64,000 nucleotides of DNA from IMG/VR virus record IMGVR_UViG_3300015606_001334, positions 32,001-96,000 of that record. One strand, written 5' to 3'. Of the stretch, positions 19,866 through 29,420 are shown piece after piece; within the stretch, counting starts at the first letter, position 1; the number at the start of each line of letters is the position of its first letter. This DNA comes from a virus. Taxonomy: Duplodnaviria; Caudoviricetes. The position numbers and the translations under genes were made by a program. The notes under the pieces were generated by a model. The model ran no database searches. It was given only the letters and a program-made list of their open reading frames with translations, and had not been told where the DNA came from.

Positions 19866-20483
19866 CTATTTATAGTCTGTTATTCCGAAAACTTCAAATC
19901 CGTCAAAAAACTGACGCCAACCTATGCCATTATAGAAGTCAACAAGAATCGCTCGTTTCTGATCCAGATGTGGATGATTGATAATTGAGATGTCATCATC
20001 CAACATGAGATAGCCCGAAATCTCTCCTCGATGGTTAGACATCCAATACGAGATCTCGTCTGCTCGGCTCCATTGCTTGTGCTTTACTGTTTTCCAGTCT
20101 TCGTGGATCGCAGTGTATGCTCCTTCTAGACCGTTGACGGAGAGAATCTCTTGGAGTTCTTCCATTGTAGCATACTTTGTCCAATTAGTGGACAGCACAA
20201 ACTTGGCTTCGGCCTTTTCGAGCCAACGGTTAAGCATGGATATCGCGACTGGATCAAATTTGATTTGCTTCTTCAGCGCGTGATTATCTTGCCAAGAGCA
20301 TTCCTCATCAACTAGGATTTGTCTATTAGGTTCTACCAAATGCATTCGCGCAGGCAAAAGGGGACCGTCAAAATCAATGAAGATTACGTTGGTCCCATCA
20401 AGAGAAAGCCTATACATCATCTCGTCCGATTGTAATGTGGAAAGGGTAATTTTCCCGCAGCCCCAATTCTCGACGAATTTCAA
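19866..20483 (-). CDS. HAD phosphatase, 'Swiss-army-knife' RNA-repair type (start uncertain)
   Basis: IFIDFDGPL, VLSTNW, RADEI, YLMLDDD. Confidence 0.75.
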   Translation of the reverse strand: MKFVENWGCGKITLSTLQSDEMMYRLSLDGTNVIFIDFDGPLLPARMHLVEPNRQILVDEECSWQDNHALKKQIKFDPVAISMLNRWLEKAEAKFVLSTNWTKYATMEELQEILSVNGLEGAYTAIHEDWKTVKHKQWSRADEISYWMSNHRGEISGYLMLDDDISIINHPHLDQKRAILVDFYNGIGWRQFFDGFEVFGITDYK

Positions 20484-20844
20484 CCATTTCTTTTGTTGGC
20501 TTTACCATCAAAACCCAAAATTGCCATTGTTTCTTCAGTTCGACTTCGTGAGAAAGCTGGATGATTTTTCCATCAAAACGCTTCTCGAGATCCTTCAACT
20601 TGTTGACGTCTTTAACTTTGTCCTTGTCATTTACTACTGTTACATGGGCACCCCATGCGGGCAAAGAAACTTTGATGCCGTATTTTCGCCACAGCCACCA
20701 AGAATAGTATTCAACGATACCGTTGTCAACCTTTAGAATTACGCCACGGTCAAATGATCGATGTGACTTTTTCAGACCAGGACGGACTGGACTAAAGATA
20801 AATTTTCCATTACAACGAGCTTCCTGACTGATCATCGTATTCAA
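20410..20844 (-). CDS. 2H phosphoesterase-like protein
   Basis: Two HxT motifs: AHVTVV and FHITIG. Confidence 0.7.
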   Translation of the reverse strand: MNTMISQEARCNGKFIFSPVRPGLKKSHRSFDRGVILKVDNGIVEYYSWWLWRKYGIKVSLPAWGAHVTVVNDKDKVKDVNKLKDLEKRFDGKIIQLSHEVELKKQWQFWVLMVKPTKEMVEIRRELGLRENYPFHITIGRDDV

Positions 20845-21154
20845 ATCCTAATTGTTCGCAGAAATCAACAATCGTACTCAGCTTTTCGGCTGAAATGATG
20901 TAAAATTCTGGGTTTTCATCGACAACTAAATTGTATAACGGATCTGTCGCCGTGTAAACATGAGAATCAACTAGGCATTCCATTAAAAACGGATCAGTGA
21001 GTTTGAGAATCCGCAGCTTAAGCTTTTCCTCAAACACGATCGCCGCGTAGTACTTATCTTCCTCCATAAACATGGAAGTAAAGTCAGCTGTTTCCTGAAG
21101 ACGCACTGATAGGTGCGGAATTTTTCCGCAAAAGAAAGGGACAGATTTTTCCAT
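20810..21154 (-). CDS. hypothetical protein
   Basis: ORF track; coupled to smpB. Confidence 0.6.
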   Translation of the reverse strand: MEKSVPFFCGKIPHLSVRLQETADFTSMFMEEDKYYAAIVFEEKLKLRILKLTDPFLMECLVDSHVYTATDPLYNLVVDENPEFYIISAEKLSTIVDFCEQLGFEYDDQSGSSL

Positions 21155-21606
21155 TAATGACCGGTGAGTTTAACGGTTCTTCTTATTTCGCGATCGACCT
21201 CGCGGTTCTTTTTGTCTTCACGCTTGTCGTAAAGCTTCTTACCCTTAGCTAGGGCAATCTCAAGCTTAACACGACGGTTCTTATAGTACATCTTCACTGG
21301 TACCAAAGTGAGACCAGAGATTTGAGTCTTACCAATCAGTTTGTCGATTTGGTGCTTATGAAGAAGCAGCTTACGAGTACGCGTTGGATCAAGAGACGTA
21401 AATTTGGTGTTGTTGCCGATAGGGGTAATGTTGCAACCAATCAGGAAAACTTCCTCATTGAGGACACGAACATAGGCTTCATTCAAAGAAACCTTCCCTG
21501 CAAGAATCCCCTTTACTTCCCATCCCTCAAGGACGAGACCACACTCGTAAAAGTCTTGAAGGAAGTACTCATGAGAGGCCTTCTTGTTATTCGCAATCGT
21601 CTTCAT
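21154..21606 (-). CDS. smpB: SsrA-binding protein SmpB
   Basis: NKKASHEYF, GLVLEGWEVK, DPTRTRKLLLHK, LAKGKKLYDKRE. Confidence 0.95.
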   Translation of the reverse strand: MKTIANNKKASHEYFLQDFYECGLVLEGWEVKGILAGKVSLNEAYVRVLNEEVFLIGCNITPIGNNTKFTSLDPTRTRKLLLHKHQIDKLIGKTQISGLTLVPVKMYYKNRRVKLEIALAKGKKLYDKREDKKNREVDREIRRTVKLTGH

Positions 21607-21811
21607 TTTCCCATTCTTTCAGAGCGGATTCAACCTCGTCATTAAACTGTTGACGCTGAATAGCCCGCTTGGCATGTTGGCCGCCTTTTTCATCGTGAGC
21701 GCCGCCTCGCTTTGACATTTCCCAAAATTGAACTTGAGGCCGATTACGAGGACGGTTTACTCGGCTTTGTTTTTGGAAATCTTCTTTGTAACCCATTTCG
21801 GTTTGATTCAC
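21587..21811 (-). CDS. hypothetical protein
   Basis: ORF track. Confidence 0.5.
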   Translation of the reverse strand: MNQTEMGYKEDFQKQSRVNRPRNRPQVQFWEMSKRGGAHDEKGGQHAKRAIQRQQFNDEVESALKEWENEDDCE

Positions 21812-21814
21812 CCT

Positions 21815-22315
21815 TTAGTGATTACTAATTCGCATGTTGGGAACATTATCAAAAATCCCACCATGTTCCATAGTACAGTAAAAATTACCGTCATTGTCAG
21901 AATATTCGAATGTGTAAACATCCATTCCGGCAAATTCGGCCTTGATCTTTTCAGCCATCTTGGCACGGTGGGCAGATCTTGCTTTTTCGTAAGCATCCCA
22001 ATCGTAGTCGTAACCCTTGCCGTCAGCAGCACGCTTACGGAAGTTATCGAAATTTGGAGAACCAGGGAGATGACCACCAAGAGCTCCAGAGATAGCCTCA
22101 TCGTTGTTTGGCGTCTGGGCGCGCATATCGCGGGTTACCTGATCGGCGATTTCTTTTGTGGTAAACGTACCGATCCAGTCGTAGGCCGTGATATTTTCCT
22201 GACCTGCGAAGAGATAACTCTGCACGTTATCACTTGAAATCTCCATGTCCTTCGGGAATGCTACGATGAAGGAAGAGCTGGAGCTGTTACTAACGAATCC
22301 ACCACGAATTTTCAT
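21815..22315 (-). CDS. conserved phage protein (GFVSNSSSSSF family)
   Basis: MKIRGGFVSNSSSSSF N-terminal motif. Confidence 0.75.
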   Translation of the reverse strand: MKIRGGFVSNSSSSSFIVAFPKDMEISSDNVQSYLFAGQENITAYDWIGTFTTKEIADQVTRDMRAQTPNNDEAISGALGGHLPGSPNFDNFRKRAADGKGYDYDWDAYEKARSAHRAKMAEKIKAEFAGMDVYTFEYSDNDGNFYCTMEHGGIFDNVPNMRISNH

Positions 22316-22554
22316 TTGATCACCTTTTCATCTTGGAACGCCAGAATAAAGTTCGACATTCCGAATGCAATATTTTCTACCGTTTTAGCCCTTTCGATCA
22401 TTGAATGCGCTTTTGCTACATTCACCTTTCGAACCTTTTCACCACAAGACTTCAACGATTCCTTTGCCAACTTCTTTGCTTCTTCAACAGAATTCAAAGC
22501 CAAAATTTGATGGACAAGATCCATCGAAAAAACCCCTGTCTTTTCAGATTCCAT
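22312..22554 (-). CDS. hypothetical protein
   Basis: ORF track, ATGA coupling. Confidence 0.65.
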   Translation of the reverse strand: MESEKTGVFSMDLVHQILALNSVEEAKKLAKESLKSCGEKVRKVNVAKAHSMIERAKTVENIAFGMSNFILAFQDEKVIK

Positions 22555-22612
22555 ATTTTTCTTTTAAATTGATTTTGTTATTTTATACTACGGTACTGCG
22601 AAAGTAAACTGC

Positions 22613-23362
22613 TTATTCGTACTTTTCAGACTTCGTATTCAAAATTCCAAACGGAGTAACTACCGTCTTACCATCCTCTGAGATGGTGTACTCAACACCA
22701 GCACTCTTAACTGGAGGGAACACTACGAACAGCTTCACCAGGTAGTTCAGAGTTTCGAGGCTGGCGGGCTTACGATAGAGAAATTGGCGAACGTCAAAGT
22801 TGGAGAGAAGGTCCGCAGCTTGAGACTTAGTGTAGACTTCAACATTTTGCAGAAGACCAAGATATTGGGCAATCTGGAAGCAAAGAAACTTGTAGACTTC
22901 AGTTGCTTCTTCTTTACCAAAATCGTCAATCTTGGTAAAGTCGATTTCGAGAATAGCTTTGAGCTTATCGTAAACATTCTCGGCTCGAAGCGCTTCCTTC
23001 ACCATTGCTCGATACTGAGTGCGAGAACAATGGGAAAGAATCCCACGAATGACACGAACCCATTTCAAGCAGATGTCTCGTTCGACTTTGGCGATAATTG
23101 GGTTTGGGAACTTTTGATCATGAAGATGGTAGGTTGCAAGGATGCTGTTGTTTACTTCATCCACTGTACCTTTGTAGACCTCGGTAACCTTACCGTCTTT
23201 TACCACGATCAAATTGCCGTTTACGCCAAGCGCATGAGACCACTCATCACACTTTTTCTTGGCTTCGTTGAAGGTACCAAGTTCATCAACCAAAAAGTAA
23301 ACGTCAACATCCAAGGAATCTTCTGATCCATGGATAAGATAAGGTACAGGACAATCAACCAT
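22613..23362 (-). CDS. nucleotidyltransferase-like protein
   Basis: HGSEDSLDVDVYF (GS..DxD); strong SD; own early promoter at 23382-23411. Confidence 0.55.
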   Translation of the reverse strand: MVDCPVPYLIHGSEDSLDVDVYFLVDELGTFNEAKKKCDEWSHALGVNGNLIVVKDGKVTEVYKGTVDEVNNSILATYHLHDQKFPNPIIAKVERDICLKWVRVIRGILSHCSRTQYRAMVKEALRAENVYDKLKAILEIDFTKIDDFGKEEATEVYKFLCFQIAQYLGLLQNVEVYTKSQAADLLSNFDVRQFLYRKPASLETLNYLVKLFVVFPPVKSAGVEYTISEDGKTVVTPFGILNTKSEKYE

Positions 23363-23475
23363 CGTTTTCTCCTTTTTCGAAATTATAACATCAAGATTCG
23401 AAAAAGTAAATTAATGAAGCACCAACCAGAACAGACAACCGAAAATGAAGATCAGCGCAGCGACTTCAGATTTTT

Positions 23476-23688
23476 TCATTCTTTCCATTCGATATCTCCC
23501 TTTTTGAAATTGAATCCCATGGCTTGCGAAAACTCGTAGGCCGAAAGGCTTTTATCCGCAACGATTTCCGAGTTGAACTTATAGATGTGCCCTTCAATAC
23601 GAACAGGAGGGGCAGAAGTATCAACCGATTTTACGATGACTCGAATCTTTGAGCCATCCTTTACAACTTTCATTTCATTCTTCAGCAT
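23476..23688 (-). CDS. hypothetical protein
   Basis: ORF track. Confidence 0.5.
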   Translation of the reverse strand: MLKNEMKVVKDGSKIRVIVKSVDTSAPPVRIEGHIYKFNSEIVADKSLSAYEFSQAMGFNFKKGDIEWKE

Positions 23689-23723
23689 GCTGGTCTCAAT
23701 AAATAATACTTTAGGAGGTTCTC

Positions 23724-23978
23724 ATGAAGACAGATGAACTAATGGCCGGCCATAATATTCCATCTTTGAACTATCAACAGTTCATGGATAAGATGATGGC
23801 CAACTACGAAAAATATCCAAAGAACAGTCTATCTCAACGAGAGGTAGTTCAGTCCGTTGACCTTGGTAATATGAGCTATGAAGAAGCCCAGAAGATTGCT
23901 GATAAACTCAATGATGAAGTAACCAACACTATCCTAGGCTTCCAGGAAAAGCTCTTCAAAAAGTCAAAGAAGAACTAA
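23724..23978 (+). CDS. hypothetical late protein
   Basis: ATAAATA and SD AGGAGG upstream. Confidence 0.7.
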   Translation: MKTDELMAGHNIPSLNYQQFMDKMMANYEKYPKNSLSQREVVQSVDLGNMSYEEAQKIADKLNDEVTNTILGFQEKLFKKSKKN

Positions 23979-24208
23979 GAACTTCGTCCGTTCAGAAACG
24001 CTGTCTGGACGATTATCCCATTTCACAAGAACGGCGACCTCACCGTCAATACGTGTAAAGCCGGTAATATGGCCAAACGTATTGACGATCTTGAGAGTTT
24101 CTCCTTCGCCTTCGGTCTTTTGAACGACCTTGCCGATAGTGACATGCTTAATGTCGATCGGCTGAAAGCCTTTACCGTAAGCTGAAGGCAGAACGAAGGT
24201 CAGCAACA

Positions 24209-24724
24209 TTACTTGGCCAACCCGTACTGGTTCAGGCGTTGCATCAACGCGAATTCCCAAGGAGTAATGTCCTTGATGATATCGGTCATAGCCCAACCGT
24301 CAACACCGCTCCTGACGTCGCGAATGTGAATTTCGCATTTGTCTGCAACATGTGAATGATCGCGACACGAACGAATACGTGCAGCAGTATCGTAGATCTT
24401 CGGAGGAAGAATCATACCGACGTAGGTCAACGCACCATTCAGAGAAACTTCATCTTCGTGGAACTTGACGAACGGGTACGGATTTTCTTCACAGTACAGG
24501 AATGCATACAGCTCAGCCAAATCAGCTGAGTTTCCGCCGTTCAGCAGGACCATGGTCTTGTGATTTTCAGCCCAGTCGTTGTACATGTTCTGACAAGGCG
24601 CGATATCGAAATGACCTTGCTCATGAATGTTGTACTTCACATGCAGATCAACTGCAGCATGACCAGCTTGCAGCCCTTGCTGCAGCGACGAAAGGTAGTA
24701 GTTACCAAAGCCGTAAAAACGCAT
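24209..24724 (-). CDS. peptidyl-tRNA hydrolase type 2-like protein
   Basis: 'QQGLQAGHAA...W..HKTMVLL' Pth2-fold motif. Confidence 0.6.
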   Translation of the reverse strand: MRFYGFGNYYLSSLQQGLQAGHAAVDLHVKYNIHEQGHFDIAPCQNMYNDWAENHKTMVLLNGGNSADLAELYAFLYCEENPYPFVKFHEDEVSLNGALTYVGMILPPKIYDTAARIRSCRDHSHVADKCEIHIRDVRSGVDGWAMTDIIKDITPWEFALMQRLNQYGLAK

Positions 24725-24725
24725 C

Positions 24726-24959
24726 TTATTTCTCCAGTTGTTTCAAAAGGCCAAAAATCAGGGAACGACAAGCAAACTTGTCATTTTCAATACGATCGAC
24801 AACAAAGAATGTGTCAAACCGCGGATTTATTTTGATTCGCTCTTGGTAGAAAAGAGCAGCTTCAGCTTGTGAAGCAAAGTCTGAACCAAACTGGGATTCG
24901 TGTCCGGTTCCGAGGTTACGGCGGATGAGGCGATATACAGTTGACATTTTTCTTCCCAC
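24726..24959 (-). CDS. hypothetical protein
   Basis: ORF track; partly overlaps MazG-like 3' end. Confidence 0.45.
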   Translation of the reverse strand: MGRKMSTVYRLIRRNLGTGHESQFGSDFASQAEAALFYQERIKINPRFDTFFVVDRIENDKFACRSLIFGLLKQLEK

Positions 24960-25246
24960 TTGTCGAGTTTCTTGCGAGCGATTGCCATCAGCATTTCTTC
25001 AGAGATGTCGATGCCATTCTTTTCAGCATGGATGTAGATCATATCGACCAAGCAGAGAATTGCGTCTATCGATTCGCCGATGATGCCGTCAGGGCCTTGC
25101 TGCTTATAAGACTTGCCGCCACAGGAGATAGAGATTTCCTGAGCTAGTTCGCCGACTTCTTCCATTACGTGTGCGAGAATGGTGTATTCGTCGCGATCTA
25201 CAGGAATGCGATCACTAACATCCAGGATTTGATTTACAAGGCTCAT
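24827..25246 (-). CDS. MazG-like NTP pyrophosphohydrolase
   Basis: EEVGELAQE...ESIDAILCLVD. Confidence 0.75.
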   Translation of the reverse strand: MSLVNQILDVSDRIPVDRDEYTILAHVMEEVGELAQEISISCGGKSYKQQGPDGIIGESIDAILCLVDMIYIHAEKNGIDISEEMLMAIARKKLDKWEEKCQLYIASSAVTSEPDTNPSLVQTLLHKLKLLFSTKSESK

Positions 25247-25307
25247 ATCACAATGACAGAAAGATAACAAAGAGAATTATATCATAAAATTCCCTTTGCG
25301 TAAACTC

Positions 25308-25715
25308 TTATTTGAACTGAGCAGATGAAGATTTGCGTTGATCGTAATGGTGATCACAGCATGGTTCGCCTTGGTTGAACTTCACACGAACCGCGCGATC
25401 ATCCCAAAGCTGAACCATGCCGTAGTCTTTGACGTTGGTTACTTCAAGACGAACACCAATATGCTTTTCGACCCATTCTTCAACGTAGATGATATGGTCT
25501 TGAACACACGCACGAGCAGTAAAGATCTTGACAGTTTTTCCTTCGGCAAGCCATTGCTTGATTCGTTCTACCATTTCTGGGATAGGTTCGCCAATATGAT
25601 CGGGACCCTTGAAACCGGAATATTGAGCTAGAGTTCCATCTAGATCTACACCGATCCAGGCAGACTTTAGACTTTTTAGCGAAGAATCGCCAGGTAGAAG
25701 AATGATACTTGACAT
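25308..25715 (-). CDS. HAD-family phosphatase (PNK 3'-phosphatase-like)
   Basis: IGVDLDGTLA, IFTAR, VTNVK, WDDRAV. Confidence 0.8.
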   Translation of the reverse strand: MSSIILLPGDSSLKSLKSAWIGVDLDGTLAQYSGFKGPDHIGEPIPEMVERIKQWLAEGKTVKIFTARACVQDHIIYVEEWVEKHIGVRLEVTNVKDYGMVQLWDDRAVRVKFNQGEPCCDHHYDQRKSSSAQFK

Positions 25716-25744
25716 GATAAATACCTTTTTAAGGAGTTAATGAG

Positions 25745-26122
25745 ATGTTTCTCGAAGAGTTAAAACCGAATATGCTAATAGAAGAAGCAATTGCTATCTT
25801 TGAGCGAGAAGAACAAATGCCAGCACAATCCATTCAGAAAATGGCATCAGCTTTGCCAACTTTTCCTGGCACTCAATTGCGAAAAGAAATCGATTCGCTG
25901 ATAAAGTCCTCAGCTATTCTTCTGAAAGACTTTGCGAGTAAGGCAAAACCCTTTGCCCAGGAACGTGGATATCGTACACAAATTTTTGATGTGATATTAG
26001 ACAATCCTGAAAAGGTCGCAAAGACTCTAATCAAGAAATATACTTCGGCTTATAAAGCGGATAGATTTACTTTCAATCTGAGAGATATTCTCAGCACTAT
26101 TGATTTGAACTTATCTAAATAA
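25745..26122 (+). CDS. hypothetical late protein
   Basis: ATAAATA and AAGGAG upstream. Confidence 0.65.
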   Translation: MFLEELKPNMLIEEAIAIFEREEQMPAQSIQKMASALPTFPGTQLRKEIDSLIKSSAILLKDFASKAKPFAQERGYRTQIFDVILDNPEKVAKTLIKKYTSAYKADRFTFNLRDILSTIDLNLSK

Positions 26123-26413
26123 GTCCCAGAACCAAACCTCACGGTTGAAATCGTCGAAACGATCATCTTCGCAAATTTCCTCATAGTCAAGGAACGCGTC
26201 ATCACTATGGCCAGTAAACTCAGCAAATAGTTTTGCGATATGCATTTGGAATTTGGTTTTGTCAGTGAAGACTAGGATTGCTTCGACTTCATCGTAGTCG
26301 ATACGATCTGAGGAAGGATTATCAAGAATCAGTCCGTAAGATGTTAGATTGCCAGCGCTTTTTGGAGGTGGTGGCATCTCAGTGAGAATTTTGGAGAGTG
26401 ATTCTAGTTTCAT
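26111..26413 (-). CDS. hypothetical acidic protein
   Basis: SD abuts tRNA-Gly CCA. Confidence 0.7.
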   Translation of the reverse strand: MKLESLSKILTEMPPPPKSAGNLTSYGLILDNPSSDRIDYDEVEAILVFTDKTKFQMHIAKLFAEFTGHSDDAFLDYEEICEDDRFDDFNREVWFWDLFR

Positions 26414-26426
26414 GATGAACTCCTTT

Positions 26427-26502
26427 TGGAGCGGGCGAGGAGATTCGAACTCCCGACATCTTCCTTGGCAAGGAAGTGCTCTACCAGCTGAGCTACGCCC
26501 GC
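26427..26502 (-). tRNA. tRNA-Gly(GCC)
   Basis: Canonical cloverleaf, TTGCCAA loop, encoded CCA. Confidence 0.95.
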
Positions 26503-26508
26503 ATTAAA

Positions 26509-26886
26509 TTAAGATCCAACGGATCTTTTTAGTCTAGCGAAGTACTTCTTAATATCGCCTTCTTCATCGAAGCTGTGGATTGGCATTCCACCATATTGAC
26601 AGTCTATTTTTCCATTCTTAGGAATGTCGATATAGACTTCAATTACTACCCACTGCTCTTCTTCATCGTCAAGCCATGCATATTGATACCCATGGGATTT
26701 TGATTTCTCATAGAAACCAGCATAAGCAAAATAGCCTAGCTTTTCAGCTTGAAGGATTGAATGAACTTCAGTTCCTTCGTCATACCCAGAATTTTTTAGA
26801 AGCTCGGCAATGTCAGAAGCTGTCAACTTAGTTGCGTTGAAGTCTTGAACTCTGCCTAATGATTCAAAAAGCTCTCTTAATTCCAT
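26509..26886 (-). CDS. hypothetical acidic protein
   Basis: SD abuts tRNA-Thr CCA; MELRELFES N-terminus. Confidence 0.7.
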   Translation of the reverse strand: MELRELFESLGRVQDFNATKLTASDIAELLKNSGYDEGTEVHSILQAEKLGYFAYAGFYEKSKSHGYQYAWLDDEEEQWVVIEVYIDIPKNGKIDCQYGGMPIHSFDEEGDIKKYFARLKRSVGS

Positions 26887-26896
26887 GGTTTCCTTT

Positions 26897-26972
26897 TGGT
26901 GCTACTGATCGGGATTGAACCGATGACCTCTTCCTTACCAAGAAAGTGCTCTACCAACTGAGCTACAGCAGC
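26897..26972 (-). tRNA. tRNA-Thr(GGT)
   Basis: Canonical cloverleaf, TTGGTAA loop, CCA; TATAAATA about 25 nt upstream. Confidence 0.95.
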
Positions 26973-27021
26973 ATACCCTCACTGTAATAGTAAGGGTATT
27001 TATACAAAACCGACGTATTTT

Positions 27022-27516
27022 TTATCGGCGCTTTGCACTTACTGCCGAAGGCTTAAAGGAAGACGAGGAAGAAGGCGCACTGAAGCTGGTCTTCGGAGCA
27101 GTAACGGTTTGCATCGACTTGGCCGCCACAGGGTTAAACGTCTGCTTTGGTGCAGGAGCCGGGGCAGCTTGGGCGACTGGAGCTTGGATTACCGGACGAG
27201 CAGGAGCAGGAGCCGAAACTGTCGTAGTAGGACGGTACACGTTGGTAGTGGTGGTTGCCGGCTTGTCTGCGTTCGCCTTGCCTGCAAGGTAAGCTGCGGT
27301 ACCAATGGCTGCTGCGCCAACCAACGCGGTGCCAGTGCCGATACCATCATGCTGTTGAACAACTACCGGAGCTTGCTGCGGGTATTGTCCTTGCGGATAC
27401 TGGGAGTACTGAGGAGCAGGTTGCTGAACGTACTGGGTTTGCGGAGCTGGGTGATTGTCACAAGCAGACAGAGTAGCAGCGAGGGCCAGAGCAACCAAGA
27501 GAGACTTTTTCATCAT
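27022..27516 (-). CDS. putative lipoprotein, P/Q/A-rich
   Basis: Signal peptide with lipobox LSAC. Confidence 0.75.
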   Translation of the reverse strand: MMKKSLLVALALAATLSACDNHPAPQTQYVQQPAPQYSQYPQGQYPQQAPVVVQQHDGIGTGTALVGAAAIGTAAYLAGKANADKPATTTTNVYRPTTTVSAPAPARPVIQAPVAQAAPAPAPKQTFNPVAAKSMQTVTAPKTSFSAPSSSSSFKPSAVSAKRR

Positions 27517-27704
27517 TTTTCCTTTGAGTTAAACATTTGGTTAAAAAGGGTTTCAACAGCTTGTTCGGCTTCTGTAAAGCCAGGAAGTGACCGATTACGA
27601 ATCCACATATTGTATTTCAGCCACTTCACATTCTGTTTCTGCGAGATGTCCTTACGAAGAACAGGAACATCAGCCATTTCCAGAAATTTTTCGAGGGTTG
27701 TCAT
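27513..27704 (-). CDS. hypothetical protein
   Basis: ORF track, coupled. Confidence 0.6.
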   Translation of the reverse strand: MTTLEKFLEMADVPVLRKDISQKQNVKWLKYNMWIRNRSLPGFTEAEQAVETLFNQMFNSKEK

Positions 27705-28066
27705 TGTGCACCTTCTTGGATCATTTCGATTTCGCGCTGGAGACGCTCAATTTGTTCGCGTCGCTCAGCAATTTCTCGAGCCTTCTTCTGATCCTTGAAG
27801 GTGCTACGCAACAGAACTGTGTGCTCAGAGAGAATGAATTTGCCGACAACGCAGGTATCAACTTTATCAAAATTGCTATACGGAAAGTTGAAGGAATCTT
27901 CTGCAGTTTTGATTGCCTTGGCTTCAGTCATTACTTCAGCTTGCCGCGTAGAAGTTGCAATGTACGGATAACCACCAGAATGGGAGTCTTCTGCGTAATA
28001 ACCCAGAAAATTACCCTCTTTGTCGTAGTATTCGATACTGAATTCGCGACCTTGACCATCTGACAT
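27701..28066 (-). CDS. hypothetical protein
   Basis: SD GGAGG; early promoter at 28099-28128. Confidence 0.7.
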   Translation of the reverse strand: MSDGQGREFSIEYYDKEGNFLGYYAEDSHSGGYPYIATSTRQAEVMTEAKAIKTAEDSFNFPYSNFDKVDTCVVGKFILSEHTVLLRSTFKDQKKAREIAERREQIERLQREIEMIQEGAQ

Positions 28067-28127
28067 CTTGTAACCTCCATCGAGAGTAGTTGAAAAGAAT
28101 TATATCAACTACTCTCGAAAAAGTAAA

Positions 28128-28382
28128 CTAGTTTTGCAACGTTTGACGATACTCAGCAACCGTCAAAAAGAGCGATTCATCTCTTGGCCGTTGGTATCCC
28201 AAATCCCTTTCCCAATCACTATGATATTTGGAATGATGCCAAATGTACCAGCAATTCACATTGCCAGGTTTATCTTCAGAATAATACCACTTAGCCCATC
28301 TCATGAAAGTAGGACGTTGACAATAGTCCAAAGGATTGGCAAGCTGCACGTGAGTACAGCCCCAAGGAATTTCAATAGTCAT
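28128..28382 (-). CDS. hypothetical protein
   Basis: ORF track. Confidence 0.55.
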   Translation of the reverse strand: MTIEIPWGCTHVQLANPLDYCQRPTFMRWAKWYYSEDKPGNVNCWYIWHHSKYHSDWERDLGYQRPRDESLFLTVAEYRQTLQN

Positions 28383-28767
28383 CTGGAAGTGTCACCGCAT
28401 ATCGACCATTCATATAGGTATCACCCCGCTTTTTCCCTTCTACCCCGATCAAGCTAGTATTCTCAACTGCCATATTCACTGAATCGTAGCAGATGACACC
28501 CTTCACTTTTATACCTTGTCGCTTTGCGATAAAAGTGAAATGATCAGGGAACATTGGGTTATCTTGATACCCTCGGTAAGTGCAAATCATACTAGCTTCT
28601 TGTACGACAGCACCACCTCTAACAAATTTGACATCTGTCCAGCCAGATGCTGTCAGTAGGGTTAGGGCTTTTGACTGTGCTTTTGCTCTTTCCTCGCCGG
28701 AAAAATCGCATGCTGACATCAAAATCAGCAAAAGCCCTACGAAGATGTAATGACTAAACTTTTTCAT
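28372..28767 (-). CDS. putative lipoprotein
   Basis: MKKF...LMSAC lipobox-like. Confidence 0.6.
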   Translation of the reverse strand: MKKFSHYIFVGLLLILMSACDFSGEERAKAQSKALTLLTASGWTDVKFVRGGAVVQEASMICTYRGYQDNPMFPDHFTFIAKRQGIKVKGVICYDSVNMAVENTSLIGVEGKKRGDTYMNGRYAVTLPDDY

Positions 28768-29366
28768 TCTGCATATCCTTCCCATTCATCAGTGTAAACC
28801 TTTTTCAACCTATCCAAATATTCAAGGGTCTTAATCTTGACCATGAAGTCTTCACCTTTGCAGATAACTCCTTCATAGACTGGATATTTCCCTTCACGAA
28901 CATCCTGAATGAACTGAGTGTTCAAATTTCCTTCATAGACAACTTCAGCTCCCCAATCTTGATGACTGAATAGCTTTGCGAAAGGACGAGGAGGAATGAA
29001 TCCTTGTTTGAAAACAAAAACATCAAGCAATCTCAACTCTTTAGGTTCGTCATGATCATGAGAACCTGCAAAGCTAGATTTACCGAAGAACTCCGTGAAA
29101 GCTGTAATTCTTTCGGGTTTTCTTCCACAGAAATGTTTGGTTGCGTCAACTACCGCAGGACCAACAACGTCCATGAAAGGTTCGATTGCTTGATTGTAAA
29201 GCGGAGTATTTGCGTCAAATAGCTGACGACGAGTTCCGTATTTTACCCAACCTCTTTTGGGATTCCATTCCCAACGGAGATTTGAGCCGTCATACTTGTA
29301 GAACGCGATGCATTTTTTACCGAGAGGAGCGTCCTTGCTCCCAATGATAGATGGGTACTGTAACAT
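28764..29366 (-). CDS. RNA ligase-like (Rnl2-type nucleotidyltransferase domain)
   Basis: KYDGSN (motif I), EFFG, LDV, EGVICK, KIKT. Confidence 0.75.
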   Translation of the reverse strand: MLQYPSIIGSKDAPLGKKCIAFYKYDGSNLRWEWNPKRGWVKYGTRRQLFDANTPLYNQAIEPFMDVVGPAVVDATKHFCGRKPERITAFTEFFGKSSFAGSHDHDEPKELRLLDVFVFKQGFIPPRPFAKLFSHQDWGAEVVYEGNLNTQFIQDVREGKYPVYEGVICKGEDFMVKIKTLEYLDRLKKVYTDEWEGYAE

Positions 29367-29420
29367 AAAAAGCCTTATTTGAAATTGTAGAAATGGTTAC
29401 TTGATTGGCTTTACAGACCT

